Below are positions 10,156 to 21,062 of a stretch of 64,000 nucleotides of DNA, piece by piece. The position numbers and the translations under genes are program-made. Within the stretch, counting starts at the first letter, position 1. Every line of letters begins with the position of its first letter. The notes beneath the pieces are model-generated. The model had not been told where the DNA came from. It ran no database searches and worked only from the letters and a program-made list of their open reading frames with translations. Source of the stretch: an uncultured Oscillospiraceae bacterium (GTDB lineage: Bacteria; Bacillota; Clostridia; Oscillospirales; Ruminococcaceae); assembly GCA_910588145.1 (NCBI GenBank), contig CAJUPO010000002.1, forward strand, positions 32,871 through 96,870, written 5' to 3'.

Positions 10156-10217
10156 ACCAAGCAAAACTGTTATTAATGTTAGAATTACAGTGCTTATTTA
10201 ATAAATTATATCAATTA

Positions 10218-10428
10218 AGGGGACGCTTTCACTTGCAAAGCGTCCCCTCTTTAGAAACAGTCCGCTGGACTGTTTCTAATTCACCCCTTGAAAAGCGCTT
10301 TAAAGGCGTGTATTTCGTCGTCTGCGAACGACGACCAAGGCTCTGCCTTTGGAAACCGCAAGCCTTTGAAAAGGCTTGACCGAAACTTTTATATAAAAAA
10401 CTGCTTCCGTATTTTTGGAAGCAGTTTT
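10218..10428. repeat. Multi-hairpin palindromic element (REP/MITE-like or structured RNA) ending in a bidirectional terminator
   Basis: Seven consecutive inverted repeats, GC-richer than the flanks; see findings. Confidence 0.6.
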
Positions 10429-10431
10429 ATT

Positions 10432-10917
10432 TTATTTCTTTTTAAACTGATATTCATTCATTGTATCAATTTTATAAATGTTCAGTGTTTCATAATCGGG
10501 ACGATAGTACCCATAATAAGTAAATGAAACAGGTTCTTCAAGAGTGTTTTCGCCGTCAGTGATTCGCTGGTCATTGTTGAGAATCAGAACATAATACTCG
10601 TCCAGTGAAACTGAAAATTGTGTAAGAGTGCTTTTCTGACCGTTCTCATCAAGACCGTATTCTTTCGAAAGATAGTTTATTGCGTCTTGTCCCGCCATAA
10701 CTTCGTATGTTCCGACGTAATAATTATCCTCACGGTTTGCAGAGCTCTTGAACCACTTGAATGTATTGTCATCATATAGGGCAAGCATTGTGCCGTCAGA
10801 GGATTCCCACTTGTTTCCGCTGAGATAGTCGCCGTTTTTTTCTGCTTCACTTTCGCAGGCAGTTATTGTTATCATGAATATAACGCATAGAAAACACGAT
10901 AAAACTTTTTTTAGCAT
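10432..10917 (-). CDS. Hypothetical lipoprotein
   Basis: Signal peptide with lipobox ITAC; SD AAGGAG. Confidence 0.8.
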   Translation of the reverse strand: MLKKVLSCFLCVIFMITITACESEAEKNGDYLSGNKWESSDGTMLALYDDNTFKWFKSSANREDNYYVGTYEVMAGQDAINYLSKEYGLDENGQKSTLTQFSVSLDEYYVLILNNDQRITDGENTLEEPVSFTYYGYYRPDYETLNIYKIDTMNEYQFKKK

Positions 10918-11014
10918 AAAAACTCCTTCTGCCGCAAAAAGGGAAATGCTTACAGCGGCGTTAATTAAATTTATCCGAATGCAAAAACAGCGCTGAACAA
11001 ATGTTCAACGCTGA

Positions 11015-11091
11015 TGGTCGAGGTGACGGGACTTGAACCCACGGCCTCTGCGTCCCGAACGCAGCGCTCTACCAAACTGAGCCACACCTCG
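11015..11091 (-). tRNA. tRNA-Pro(CGG)
   Basis: Reverse complement CGAGGTGTGGCTCAGTTTGGTAGAGCG-CTGCG-TTCGGGA-CGCAG...ACCA. Confidence 0.95.
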
Positions 11092-11340
11092 GAAAACTAC
11101 TTTAATATTATACATTATGATTTTATCTTTGTCAATACCCTTTTAAGAAATCTTTAATATACAGGTATTTCGCTGAAAAATTAAGTACAATGTCAAACTG
11201 AGCGTGTACGGAATACACTAATAACAGGAGGAGAAATTCTTTTATTGAAGTGAATTGAATCACAAAAAACAGGCAATGATAAATACATATGAGTTTCATC
11301 CGTCAGCCGGATAAAAAATGAGTCTTAGGAGTGCGTAATC

Positions 11341-11685
11341 ATGTCAGTAAAAAGAGGAGAAATTTATTATGCTGATCTCAGTCCTGTTGTCGGGTCTGAG
11401 CAGGGAGGAATCAGACCGGTACTTATCGTTCAGAATGATGTCGGAAACAGACACAGTCCGACAGTGATTGCCGCTGCAATTACGAGTCAGAAAGAAAAGG
11501 CAAAGCTGCCTACGCATATTGAATTAAATGCGTCAGGATGCGGTCTTGCAAGGGACAGCGTGGTTTTATTGGAACAGATAAGAACCATTGACAAAAAGCG
11601 TCTTAAAGAGCGTATGGGTGAGATAAATAACGGAGATATGGATCGTGTAAATAATGCTCTGTCAATAAGCTTCGGACTTTCCTGA
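11341..11685 (+). CDS. ndoA: MazF/PemK-family endoribonuclease toxin (NdoA-like)
   Basis: KRGEIYYADLSPVVGSEQGGIRPV...LLEQIRTIDKKRL. Confidence 0.93.
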   Translation: MSVKRGEIYYADLSPVVGSEQGGIRPVLIVQNDVGNRHSPTVIAAAITSQKEKAKLPTHIELNASGCGLARDSVVLLEQIRTIDKKRLKERMGEINNGDMDRVNNALSISFGLS

Positions 11686-11723
11686 AAAAATAAAGCGGTA
11701 CTTAAAGTACCGCTTTTGTGGTT

Positions 11724-12524
11724 TTATTCCTTGTAAGCAGAGTCGATTCCCAGATATTCTTCAAGGCAAAGACCGCTTTCATAGACGGCAGCTGCCTTGT
11801 CAACGCCTATATATCGGATATGCCATGGTTCATACTGGTAACCTGTTATTTCCTCTTTTCCTTTGGGATACCTGATTATAAAGCCGTATTTATGGCAGTT
11901 TGCAGATACCCAGTCGCTTTCCGGCGTATAGCCGAAGGAATCGTCGATAGAGTTCAAATCGAATGCCAATCCGGTTTGATGATCGGAAAAGCCCGGACGT
12001 GACGAATAAGTATCAGCGGCTTCCTGACCGTCGGTATCGCAGTAGTTCTGGTAGATTCTTTCCTGATCCTCATATGACCTGTAAGAGGAGGATATATAAA
12101 TATTCAGCCCTTCGTCAGATGCGTCAGCCTGCATTTCGTAAAATGCATCAAGAGCCTCACTGCTTTCTCCCGGATCATAGTCGGAGGGGAGAGAGTAGCT
12201 TTTATTGGCAATTAGGATACCGTCTATATAAGTCATTCCGTTTTTATTTTCGATTGCAAACCTTGCTTCCTCCGTAGTGGGTTCTGTGTCCTGTTCCGGT
12301 TCGGACGCAGTATCGCCGGAGGTGTTCTCAGCAGAAGCAGCCTCAGTCTGGGAATAGGCAGAGGAATCAGCCGGAGAGCTGTTGTTTTCAATATCGTCAG
12401 CGTCTGAGAGGATAAAGTAAATTATCCAGACGATCAATGCGATTATTACAGCTGCAATACAGATCAAAAGCGCTGTTTGACGTTTTTCATACTTGTTCAT
12501 TTTCCTATATTTTTTCTTTTTCAT
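11724..12524 (-). CDS. Membrane-anchored D-alanyl-D-alanine/LD-carboxypeptidase (M15B, VanY-like); start revised to ATG 12524
   Basis: SSYRS, SDHQTGLAFD and EPWH zinc motifs; N-terminal TM helix. Confidence 0.9.
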   Translation of the reverse strand: MKKKKYRKMNKYEKRQTALLICIAAVIIALIVWIIYFILSDADDIENNSSPADSSAYSQTEAASAENTSGDTASEPEQDTEPTTEEARFAIENKNGMTYIDGILIANKSYSLPSDYDPGESSEALDAFYEMQADASDEGLNIYISSSYRSYEDQERIYQNYCDTDGQEAADTYSSRPGFSDHQTGLAFDLNSIDDSFGYTPESDWVSANCHKYGFIIRYPKGKEEITGYQYEPWHIRYIGVDKAAAVYESGLCLEEYLGIDSAYKE

Positions 12525-12770
12525 TTTGTTTCTCCCGAATATCTTTTTAATCTTTCTTTTTATTAAATATATATTAAATATAGCATAATAGATAAAAAAA
12601 GTCAATGTATTTCTAACTTTAAATCATAAAAAGCTATTGCCAAAATATTAAAAATAGGTTATAATAATTATAGAATATATTGTTACATTGCCACAAAATG
12701 CCGTATGATTTTAAGTAAATTGTATACGCTTTGTATAATGTGACGGAAGATTAAGTAAGGGAGCGATTTT

Positions 12771-15434
12771 ATGAGAATCAGAACAAAAATCATTTCAGTA
12801 ATGTCAGCCCTGACTCTCGCCCTGACTGCTTCGGCGGCGGGTCTTTGCGGTGTGTTCTCAACTGCGGTTGCAGAATCAGCGGACATTTCTGAATCAATGG
12901 AATGGGGTGCGGTTAAAATCGGCGGCGGCGGTTTCGTTTCCGGCATTATTACCGGAAAGAACGAAATGTATGCAAGAACCGACGTAGGCGGCGCTTATAA
13001 GTACAACTACGAAACTGAAAGCTGGGATCAGCTTCTTGGATTCCTCAACGAAGCGGACAAGGGCTTCCTCAGTGTTGACGCAATGGCAATTGATCCGAAT
13101 GATGACGATACAGTTTATATGCTTTGCGGCTGCGCATATTTCTCAGACGCAAGAACTGCAATTTTCCGTACAAGAGACGGCGGAAAAACTTTTGACCAGA
13201 TTGATGTAACAGATATGATTCAGGTTCACGGCAACGGCGACGGACGTCACAATGGTGAATCCATTGCAGTAGACCCTGATAATCCGGACATTATTTACTG
13301 CGGCGGTGACGTAGCGTCAGGGGATTCAGCTCTTATCTGGTCTCAGGACGGCGGCGACACTTGGGAACCAGTAAAGGGTTATGATAAGCTCGGCTATTAT
13401 GAAAATTCAATTAACTGGCCTACATGGGACGAAAATCATTTTGTAAGAGCAGTAGGTTCAGGCGCATACAATACTCAAAACGGCGTATCTACAATTGCTA
13501 TTAAGGACGGCAAGGTATATGTAGGTACATCTGCAACCGGTTCTGCAAACGTAGTAGTTGCAGATGTCGGCAGCGATGACTTTAAGGAACTGAGCAGTGA
13601 ACTTCCAACAGGAGCATATCCTTCAAGAATCAATCAGGATTCAGCTGGAAATCTTCTGATAACATACGTAGGCGGCCTTGCATTCAGCGGAACAGGCGGA
13701 GGCGCTTACAAGTACAATACTGAAACAGGAGTTTTAACAGATATTTCACCTACATCAAACAGCTTCGGCGGAGTATACGCAGATCCTGCGGACCCGAACA
13801 AGCTTCTTGCAACAACCTGCGGCGTTTGGTCTGCACAGCTCTGGTCTGATCATGACTGGGAAGATGAAAAGGTATGCTACGGCGACTGGTTCTATCGTTC
13901 TTCAGACGGCGGCGCTACATGGGAACCTATCGTTCCGGGTCAGGCAAAACACTGGAATGGTCCTCTTCAGGCTGATTACCTCCAGGACGGAGGCTATGAA
14001 TGGATCCGCAATAAGGCTATTCACTGGGTTGGAGCAATTGTACTTGACCCAAGAGACAGCGACAGAACATTTGTAACTTCCGGCAACGGCGTATTTGCCT
14101 GCGATAATACCTGGGATGAGCTTCCTCAGTTTTATTTCCATCCGGACGGTATCGAAGAAGTTGTTGCCCTTGATATGGTAAGCGTTCCGGGCGGTTCAGC
14201 TTTTTCAGCAATCGGTGACTATGACGGATTTGAACACTCTTCCGTTAAAGAAATCGGAAGACAGTATGTACCGAATATAGGTTCTACAAGCGCAATTGCA
14301 TATTGTCCGCAGAACCCTGACGTAATGGTTCGTGTTGCAGAGCATAATAATGACGTTGCTTCAGGACTTTATTCAACTGACGGCGGCGTTACATGGACTA
14401 AAATGACTGCGGCAGAAGGCGGCAAGGCTGCAATTACACAGCTTGACGACGACACATACAGAATATTTGTTTCTGCAAAGGGCGGCGGCTCTTATTCAGA
14501 TGACTTTGGAGAGACATGGAACAGCTTGAGCCTAAGCGGTCTTTACTATGATATGAGACCATATTTCTTTGTTGATCCGGAAGATGCTTCCATTGTTTAC
14601 GCATACGGCTACAGTCAGGCAGCAAATCAGTGGGATACAACTCCGACAGAATATAAGCTTTATGTAAGTACTGACTACGGCAAGACATTCTCTGCTCCTA
14701 AGAGCGTGTGCGATTATGATTACTGCGACGCAGCAACAAGAATAGCTTATCTCGGAAACGGCGATGTAGTTCTTGCCGGCGGCTGGTATGGTCTTTACAG
14801 CGTAACAGACAAGGGCAGCAGCATTGAAAAGCTTGATGTATTCTACTGTAAGACAGTAGGCTACGGCGCTCCTGAAAAGGAAGGCGATCCTAATACGCTT
14901 TATATGTACGGAAAGCCTGCTGAAGACAGCGTTGAAGGTATTTATCGTTCACAGGACGGCGGTAAAACATGGGTATGCATAAACACTAAGGACCTTTACG
15001 GCGGTACAGGCAACGGAAACTTCCTCGTTGGCGATATGAATGAATTCGGCAAGGTTTATATGTCAACTGTTGGCTGCGGTATTATTTACGGTCAGCTTTC
15101 AACAGGCGAAAAACCAGTAGTTACAACAACAACAACAAATTATGTGACAACAAGCGTTTCAACTACAGTAGTATCTTGTGATATTGAGGATATATTACCG
15201 AGTATGATAAAGTATGGCGATGTTGATGAAAACGGTACTGTTGAAGTAAACGACGTAGTTGCACTTAGTATGTATCTGCTTGACAAGGAAGCAAATACTC
15301 CTGGTCTAACCCGATTGGGTCTTGCAAATGCAGATGTAGAAAAGGATAAAATAATTGATATTTCAGACAGCGCTAAATTGATAAACTATCTGGCTGAGCT
15401 TATTCCGGAAGAAGATCTCGGAAAAGCATCATAA
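12771..15434 (+). CDS. Cellulosomal GH74 xyloglucanase: signal peptide, GH74, Thr-rich linker, dockerin
   Basis: IGGGGFVSGI, catalytic ARTDVGG and GDYDG, repeated Asp-boxes (SxDGGxTW); duplicated Ca-binding loops GDVDENG / ADVEKDKIID. Confidence 0.93.
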   Translation: MRIRTKIISVMSALTLALTASAAGLCGVFSTAVAESADISESMEWGAVKIGGGGFVSGIITGKNEMYARTDVGGAYKYNYETESWDQLLGFLNEADKGFLSVDAMAIDPNDDDTVYMLCGCAYFSDARTAIFRTRDGGKTFDQIDVTDMIQVHGNGDGRHNGESIAVDPDNPDIIYCGGDVASGDSALIWSQDGGDTWEPVKGYDKLGYYENSINWPTWDENHFVRAVGSGAYNTQNGVSTIAIKDGKVYVGTSATGSANVVVADVGSDDFKELSSELPTGAYPSRINQDSAGNLLITYVGGLAFSGTGGGAYKYNTETGVLTDISPTSNSFGGVYADPADPNKLLATTCGVWSAQLWSDHDWEDEKVCYGDWFYRSSDGGATWEPIVPGQAKHWNGPLQADYLQDGGYEWIRNKAIHWVGAIVLDPRDSDRTFVTSGNGVFACDNTWDELPQFYFHPDGIEEVVALDMVSVPGGSAFSAIGDYDGFEHSSVKEIGRQYVPNIGSTSAIAYCPQNPDVMVRVAEHNNDVASGLYSTDGGVTWTKMTAAEGGKAAITQLDDDTYRIFVSAKGGGSYSDDFGETWNSLSLSGLYYDMRPYFFVDPEDASIVYAYGYSQAANQWDTTPTEYKLYVSTDYGKTFSAPKSVCDYDYCDAATRIAYLGNGDVVLAGGWYGLYSVTDKGSSIEKLDVFYCKTVGYGAPEKEGDPNTLYMYGKPAEDSVEGIYRSQDGGKTWVCINTKDLYGGTGNGNFLVGDMNEFGKVYMSTVGCGIIYGQLSTGEKPVVTTTTTNYVTTSVSTTVVSCDIEDILPSMIKYGDVDENGTVEVNDVVALSMYLLDKEANTPGLTRLGLANADVEKDKIIDISDSAKLINYLAELIPEEDLGKAS

Positions 15435-15537
15435 TATTTAATTGAATAATATAAGTTTTATCCCTCGGTTTTCACCGGGGGATACTTGTTTTTATGGGTT
15501 AAAATTTAACAAGTTGTTTTTTATTATGCAAAATATG

Positions 15538-15566
15538 TTGAAATATTCTTTTGAATGTGATATAAT
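15538..15566 (+). promoter_or_regulatory. Sigma-A promoter of the ilv-leu cluster
   Basis: TTGAAA-17-TATAAT with extended TG. Confidence 0.75.
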
Positions 15567-15665
15567 AAAAGTCAAAAGCTAATGCTTACTGCATAATTAT
15601 TGATTTTTATGTGCAGAATCGGCAGTTAAAGCTTTGATAAAAATATACTTGCAAGGAGGTCCCGG

Positions 15666-15740
15666 ATGAACTGTATATTAAAAAACAGTGTTGAATTTTC
15701 CCGCGCTATGCCGGGAGAACCGGCAATTTACCGAGTCTGA
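15666..15740 (+). CDS. Putative 24-aa leader peptide (uORF) of ilvB: MNCILKNSVEFSRAMPGEPAIYRV
   Basis: Perfect SD AAGGAGGT 5 nt before the ATG, inside the ~230-nt ilvB leader. Confidence 0.55.
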   Translation: MNCILKNSVEFSRAMPGEPAIYRV

Positions 15741-15799
15741 AGCAATTTAATGAATTAGGCTTCTTATAAAAATAAATTTTTAATATAAAGGATGGAAAT

Positions 15800-17551
15800 A
15801 TGAAGATAACAGGCTCACAAATTATAATTGAAGCCCTGGTTGAACAGGGATGTGACTGCGTTTTCGGTTATCCAGGCGGTCAGGTTATTAATATATACGA
15901 TGCTCTCTATCAGAATCAGGATCGTATCAAGCATATAATTACAGCTCATGAACAGGGTGCGTCTCACGCAGCCGACGGTTATGCAAGAGCTACAGGAAAA
16001 ACAGGCGTTGTTATTGCAACTTCCGGTCCCGGCGCAACAAATCTTGTAACAGGTATTGCAACGGCTTATCTTGATTCTGTTCCAATGGTTGCCATTACAG
16101 GTAATGTACCATGCAGTCTTTTAGGAAGAGACAGCTTCCAGGAGGTTGACATCTGCGGAGTGACGCTTCCTATAACAAAGCATAATTTTATAGTTAAAGA
16201 CGTTAATGAACTTGCGGACACAATAAGAGAAGCTTTTCTTATTGCGAAATCCGGACGTCCCGGACCTGTTTTAATTGATATTCCTAAGGACGTACAAATC
16301 GCTCAGTGCGAATTTGAAAATAAACCGGTTGCTCCGGCATATGAATTTCCGAAAGCAAGTGATGAAGATATTGAAAAGGCTGCTGAACTTATTTCAAAAT
16401 CAGAAAAGCCTTATATTTACTGCGGCGGAGGCATAATTTCCGGCAATGCCAATGAGGAAGTACAGAAACTTGCAGAAATCATTGATTCCCCAATAGGCTG
16501 CAGCATGATGGGTGTATCCGCTGTACCGGTATCAAATCCGAGATATCTTGGAATGCAGGGAATGCACGGACATTACGCATCTTCAATGGCTCAGGCTGAA
16601 GCTGATCTGGTTATTGCAGTAGGCGCAAGATTCAGTGACAGAGCAACAGGCAATAAAGCGGTTTATGTAAGAAACTGCAAGATTATACATATTGATGTTG
16701 AAGCCGCTGAAATTGATAAGAATATCACAAGCCAGCTTGGAATCAACGGTGACGTTAAGGAAACGCTTTCCAGAATTATAGAAAAGGTTTCTCCTCAGAA
16801 GCACCCTGAATGGTCAGCAGAAATTGAAAAGCTTAAGGAAACAGAAAAACAGCAGGTAGAAAGCTGTATGAATCCGGCTGAGGGCAAGGACTGCACTCTA
16901 TGTACAAGTCCATGCAGCCATTCTGGTATAAGTGCAGCTGAAAGACTTAATCCGTTTAAGATAGTTGACGTTATCAGCGAATTTGCAGATAAAGAAACAA
17001 TAATTGCTACTGATGTAGGTCAGCACCAAATGTGGACTGCTCAAAGATATCCTTTTGAAATTCCGAGAACATTTATTTCAAGCGGCGGACTCGGTACAAT
17101 GGGCTTCGGTATGGGCGCAGCAATCGGCGCTTATACAGCAACAGGAAAGAAAACAGTACTGGTTACAGGTGACGGAAGCTTCGGAATGAATCTTAACGAG
17201 CTTGCGACTGCTGTATCCAACAATGTTCCAATGATAATTGTTATCATGAATAACGGTGTACTTGGAATGGTAAGACAGTGGCAGACGCTTTTCTTTGACA
17301 AGCATTATTCAAATACTACTCTCGACAGAAAAACTGATTTTATAAAGCTTGCAGAAGCATTCGGCGCCAAGGGCGTTCGTGTACAGACAGTTTCAGAGCT
17401 TGAAGAAGCTGCTAAGAACGCATTCGCTGAAAATAACGGACCAATCGTTATTGAATGCCTGGTTGACTGCGATGAATTTGTTCTTCCGATGCTTCCTCCC
17501 GGTGGTTCAATAGATGATATTATAACAGAAATTCACGGAGGTGAGATCTGA
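15800..17551 (+). CDS. ilvB: Acetolactate synthase large subunit
   Basis: FGYPGG, HEQGA, TSGPGATN, GDGSFGMN TPP motif, LGMVRQWQ. Confidence 0.97.
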   Translation: MKITGSQIIIEALVEQGCDCVFGYPGGQVINIYDALYQNQDRIKHIITAHEQGASHAADGYARATGKTGVVIATSGPGATNLVTGIATAYLDSVPMVAITGNVPCSLLGRDSFQEVDICGVTLPITKHNFIVKDVNELADTIREAFLIAKSGRPGPVLIDIPKDVQIAQCEFENKPVAPAYEFPKASDEDIEKAAELISKSEKPYIYCGGGIISGNANEEVQKLAEIIDSPIGCSMMGVSAVPVSNPRYLGMQGMHGHYASSMAQAEADLVIAVGARFSDRATGNKAVYVRNCKIIHIDVEAAEIDKNITSQLGINGDVKETLSRIIEKVSPQKHPEWSAEIEKLKETEKQQVESCMNPAEGKDCTLCTSPCSHSGISAAERLNPFKIVDVISEFADKETIIATDVGQHQMWTAQRYPFEIPRTFISSGGLGTMGFGMGAAIGAYTATGKKTVLVTGDGSFGMNLNELATAVSNNVPMIIVIMNNGVLGMVRQWQTLFFDKHYSNTTLDRKTDFIKLAEAFGAKGVRVQTVSELEEAAKNAFAENNGPIVIECLVDCDEFVLPMLPPGGSIDDIITEIHGGEI

Positions 17552-18048
17552 TGGAAAAATACGTTTTCAGTATACTTGTTTCAAATAAATTCGGCGTGCT
17601 GACAAGGGTTTCAAGTATGTTTACAAGAAGAGGCTTTAATATTGATACGCTGACAGTGGGCGAAACTGAATCTCCCGAATTTTCAAGAATAACAGTTTCC
17701 ATGATGGGTGATGAATATTCTAAGACCCAGATAATAAAGCAGCTTGGCAGACTTCATGATGTAAAGCAGGTTCAGATAATGGAACATGATGAAACTGTAA
17801 CACGTGAACTGCTTCTCATAAAAATCAAGAATGATTCACAGACACGTCAGGATATTATGTCAGCGGTTGATGTTTTCCGTTCAAAGATCGTAGATTACTC
17901 ACCCGACGCTCTCTGTATTGAAATTACCGGAGAAAGTTCAAAAATAAACGCTTTTATTGAGCTTGTAAAGCCGTTTGGTATAATGGAGATATGCCGTACA
18001 GGTCTTGTAGCTCTTGAAAGAGGCAGCCGCTGTCTGAGAAACGAATAA
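17551..18048 (+). CDS. ilvN: Acetolactate synthase small (regulatory) subunit
   Basis: ACT domain NKFGVLTRVS..RRGFNI; RTG at C-terminus. Confidence 0.95.
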   Translation: MEKYVFSILVSNKFGVLTRVSSMFTRRGFNIDTLTVGETESPEFSRITVSMMGDEYSKTQIIKQLGRLHDVKQVQIMEHDETVTRELLLIKIKNDSQTRQDIMSAVDVFRSKIVDYSPDALCIEITGESSKINAFIELVKPFGIMEICRTGLVALERGSRCLRNE

Positions 18049-18088
18049 TATCAGGCAAAGAGCGCCCATATAAAATTAATTAATATAA

Positions 18089-19141
<1,053 letters not shown>

Positions 19142-19378
19142 TAACGATCTTCAAATTCAATTAAATAATAATCTCCGATTGTAAAAAGTAATCGGACTGT
19201 ATGTATATTGCTGCTTTCCTGATTTACAAAGTCGGGAAAGCAGTTTGCATTTTTAATGAATATTATAGGGAGCGGCAGGGGATTAACGCTGTTTATGTTC
19301 TTTATTACAGCATGGTGTAATGTGCGGTAAAAACTGCTTAATAAATTTGTTTAATATATATTAACGAGGTGAAATGAG

Positions 19379-21043
19379 TTGGATTGTAACTTTTTTTGTG
19401 ACGGCGTAGACAAAGCGCCGCAGCGTTCACTTTTTAACGCATTGGGTATGACTCATGAGGAAATGCAAAGACCCCTTGTAGGAATTGTATCATCATACAA
19501 CGAAATTGTTCCGGGTCATATGAATATAGATAAGATTGTTGACGCCGTTAAAATGGGCGTTGCAATGGCAGGAGGAACTCCGGTCGTATTTCCGGCAATA
19601 GCAGTGTGCGACGGTATTGCAATGGGACATACCGGAATGAAATATTCTCTCGTAACAAGAGATCTTATTGCCGACTCAACAGAATGCATGGCGCTTGCTC
19701 ATCATTTTGACGCACTTGTAATGATTCCTAATTGCGATAAGAATGTTCCCGGACTGCTTATGGCAGCTGCAAGAGTAAATGTTCCGACTGTATTTGTAAG
19801 CGGCGGACCAATGCTTGCAGGTCATGTAAAGGGAAATAAAACAAGTCTTTCAAGTATGTTTGAAGCTGTCGGTTCATATTCAGCAGGCAAAATGTCTGCG
19901 GAGGACGTAGAGGAATTTGAAAATAATGCTTGTCCGACCTGCGGTTCATGCTCAGGTATGTATACTGCAAACTCAATGAACTGCCTTACTGAGGTTCTTG
20001 GAATGGGACTGAGAGGAAACGGAACAATACCGGCTGTTTATTCCGAAAGAATAAGACTTGCAAAAAAAGCCGGAATGGCAGTAATGGAGCTTTACAGAAA
20101 GAATATCCGTCCCCGTGATATAATGACGGAAAAGGCGTTTGAAAACGCTCTTACTGCGGATATGGCTCTGGGATGTTCAACAAACAGTATGCTTCATCTT
20201 CCTGCAATCGCCAACGAATGCGGAATCAGCATAAATCTTGATATGGCTAATGAGATAAGTGCAAGAACCCCGAATCTCTGTCACCTTGCTCCGGCAGGAC
20301 ACGCATATATGGAAGATCTAAATGAGGCAGGCGGCGTATATGCCGTTTTAAATGAACTTTCCAAGAAGAATCTTATCCATACCGATGTTATGACTGTAAC
20401 AGGTCAGACTCTCGGTGAGAATATCTGCGGAGTTGTAAATAAAAATCATGATATTATAAGACCAATAGAAAGCCCATACAGCGAAACAGGCGGTATCGCT
20501 GTTCTAAAGGGAAATCTCGCCCCTGACAGATGCGTTGTAAAGAGAAGCGCAGTTGCTCTTGAAATGCTGACTCATAAGGGACCGGCAAGGGTATTCAACA
20601 GCGAGGAAGAGGCAATCGAAGTAATCAAAGGCGGCGGAATCAAGGCGGGAGATGTTGTTGTTATCCGCTATGAAGGACCTGCCGGCGGTCCCGGTATGAG
20701 AGAAATGCTTTCGCCTACCTCGGCAATTGCCGGAATGGGACTTGACAAGGACGTAGCTCTTATTACAGACGGACGTTTCAGCGGCGCTACAAGAGGCGCA
20801 GCAATCGGTCACGTTTCTCCGGAGGCTGTTAACGGCGGAACAATTGCATATGTACAGGACGGCGATATTATTTCTGTTGATATTCCAAATTATTCTATTA
20901 CCCTTGAGATTTCAGACGAAGAACTTGAGGAAAGAAAGAAGAATACAAAGCTTCTGAAGAAAGAGAACATTTCAGGATACCTCAAGAGATATTCACAGAT
21001 GGTTTCTTCTGCTGATAAGGGAGCAATAATAAATAAATTTTAA
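19379..21043 (+). CDS. ilvD: Dihydroxy-acid dehydratase
   Basis: [32 protein letters not shown]. Confidence 0.97.
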   Translation: MDCNFFCDGVDKAPQRSLFNALGMTHEEMQRPLVGIVSSYNEIVPGHMNIDKIVDAVKMGVAMAGGTPVVFPAIAVCDGIAMGHTGMKYSLVTRDLIADSTECMALAHHFDALVMIPNCDKNVPGLLMAAARVNVPTVFVSGGPMLAGHVKGNKTSLSSMFEAVGSYSAGKMSAEDVEEFENNACPTCGSCSGMYTANSMNCLTEVLGMGLRGNGTIPAVYSERIRLAKKAGMAVMELYRKNIRPRDIMTEKAFENALTADMALGCSTNSMLHLPAIANECGISINLDMANEISARTPNLCHLAPAGHAYMEDLNEAGGVYAVLNELSKKNLIHTDVMTVTGQTLGENICGVVNKNHDIIRPIESPYSETGGIAVLKGNLAPDRCVVKRSAVALEMLTHKGPARVFNSEEEAIEVIKGGGIKAGDVVVIRYEGPAGGPGMREMLSPTSAIAGMGLDKDVALITDGRFSGATRGAAIGHVSPEAVNGGTIAYVQDGDIISVDIPNYSITLEISDEELEERKKNTKLLKKENISGYLKRYSQMVSSADKGAIINKF

Positions 21044-21062
21044 CGAAAGAGGGCTGATAAAA

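Noticed and set aside
10176..10527. ORF-track ORFs 10176-10379 and 10288-10527
   Set aside because: They run through the palindromic element and antisense to a lipoprotein gene, with no SD
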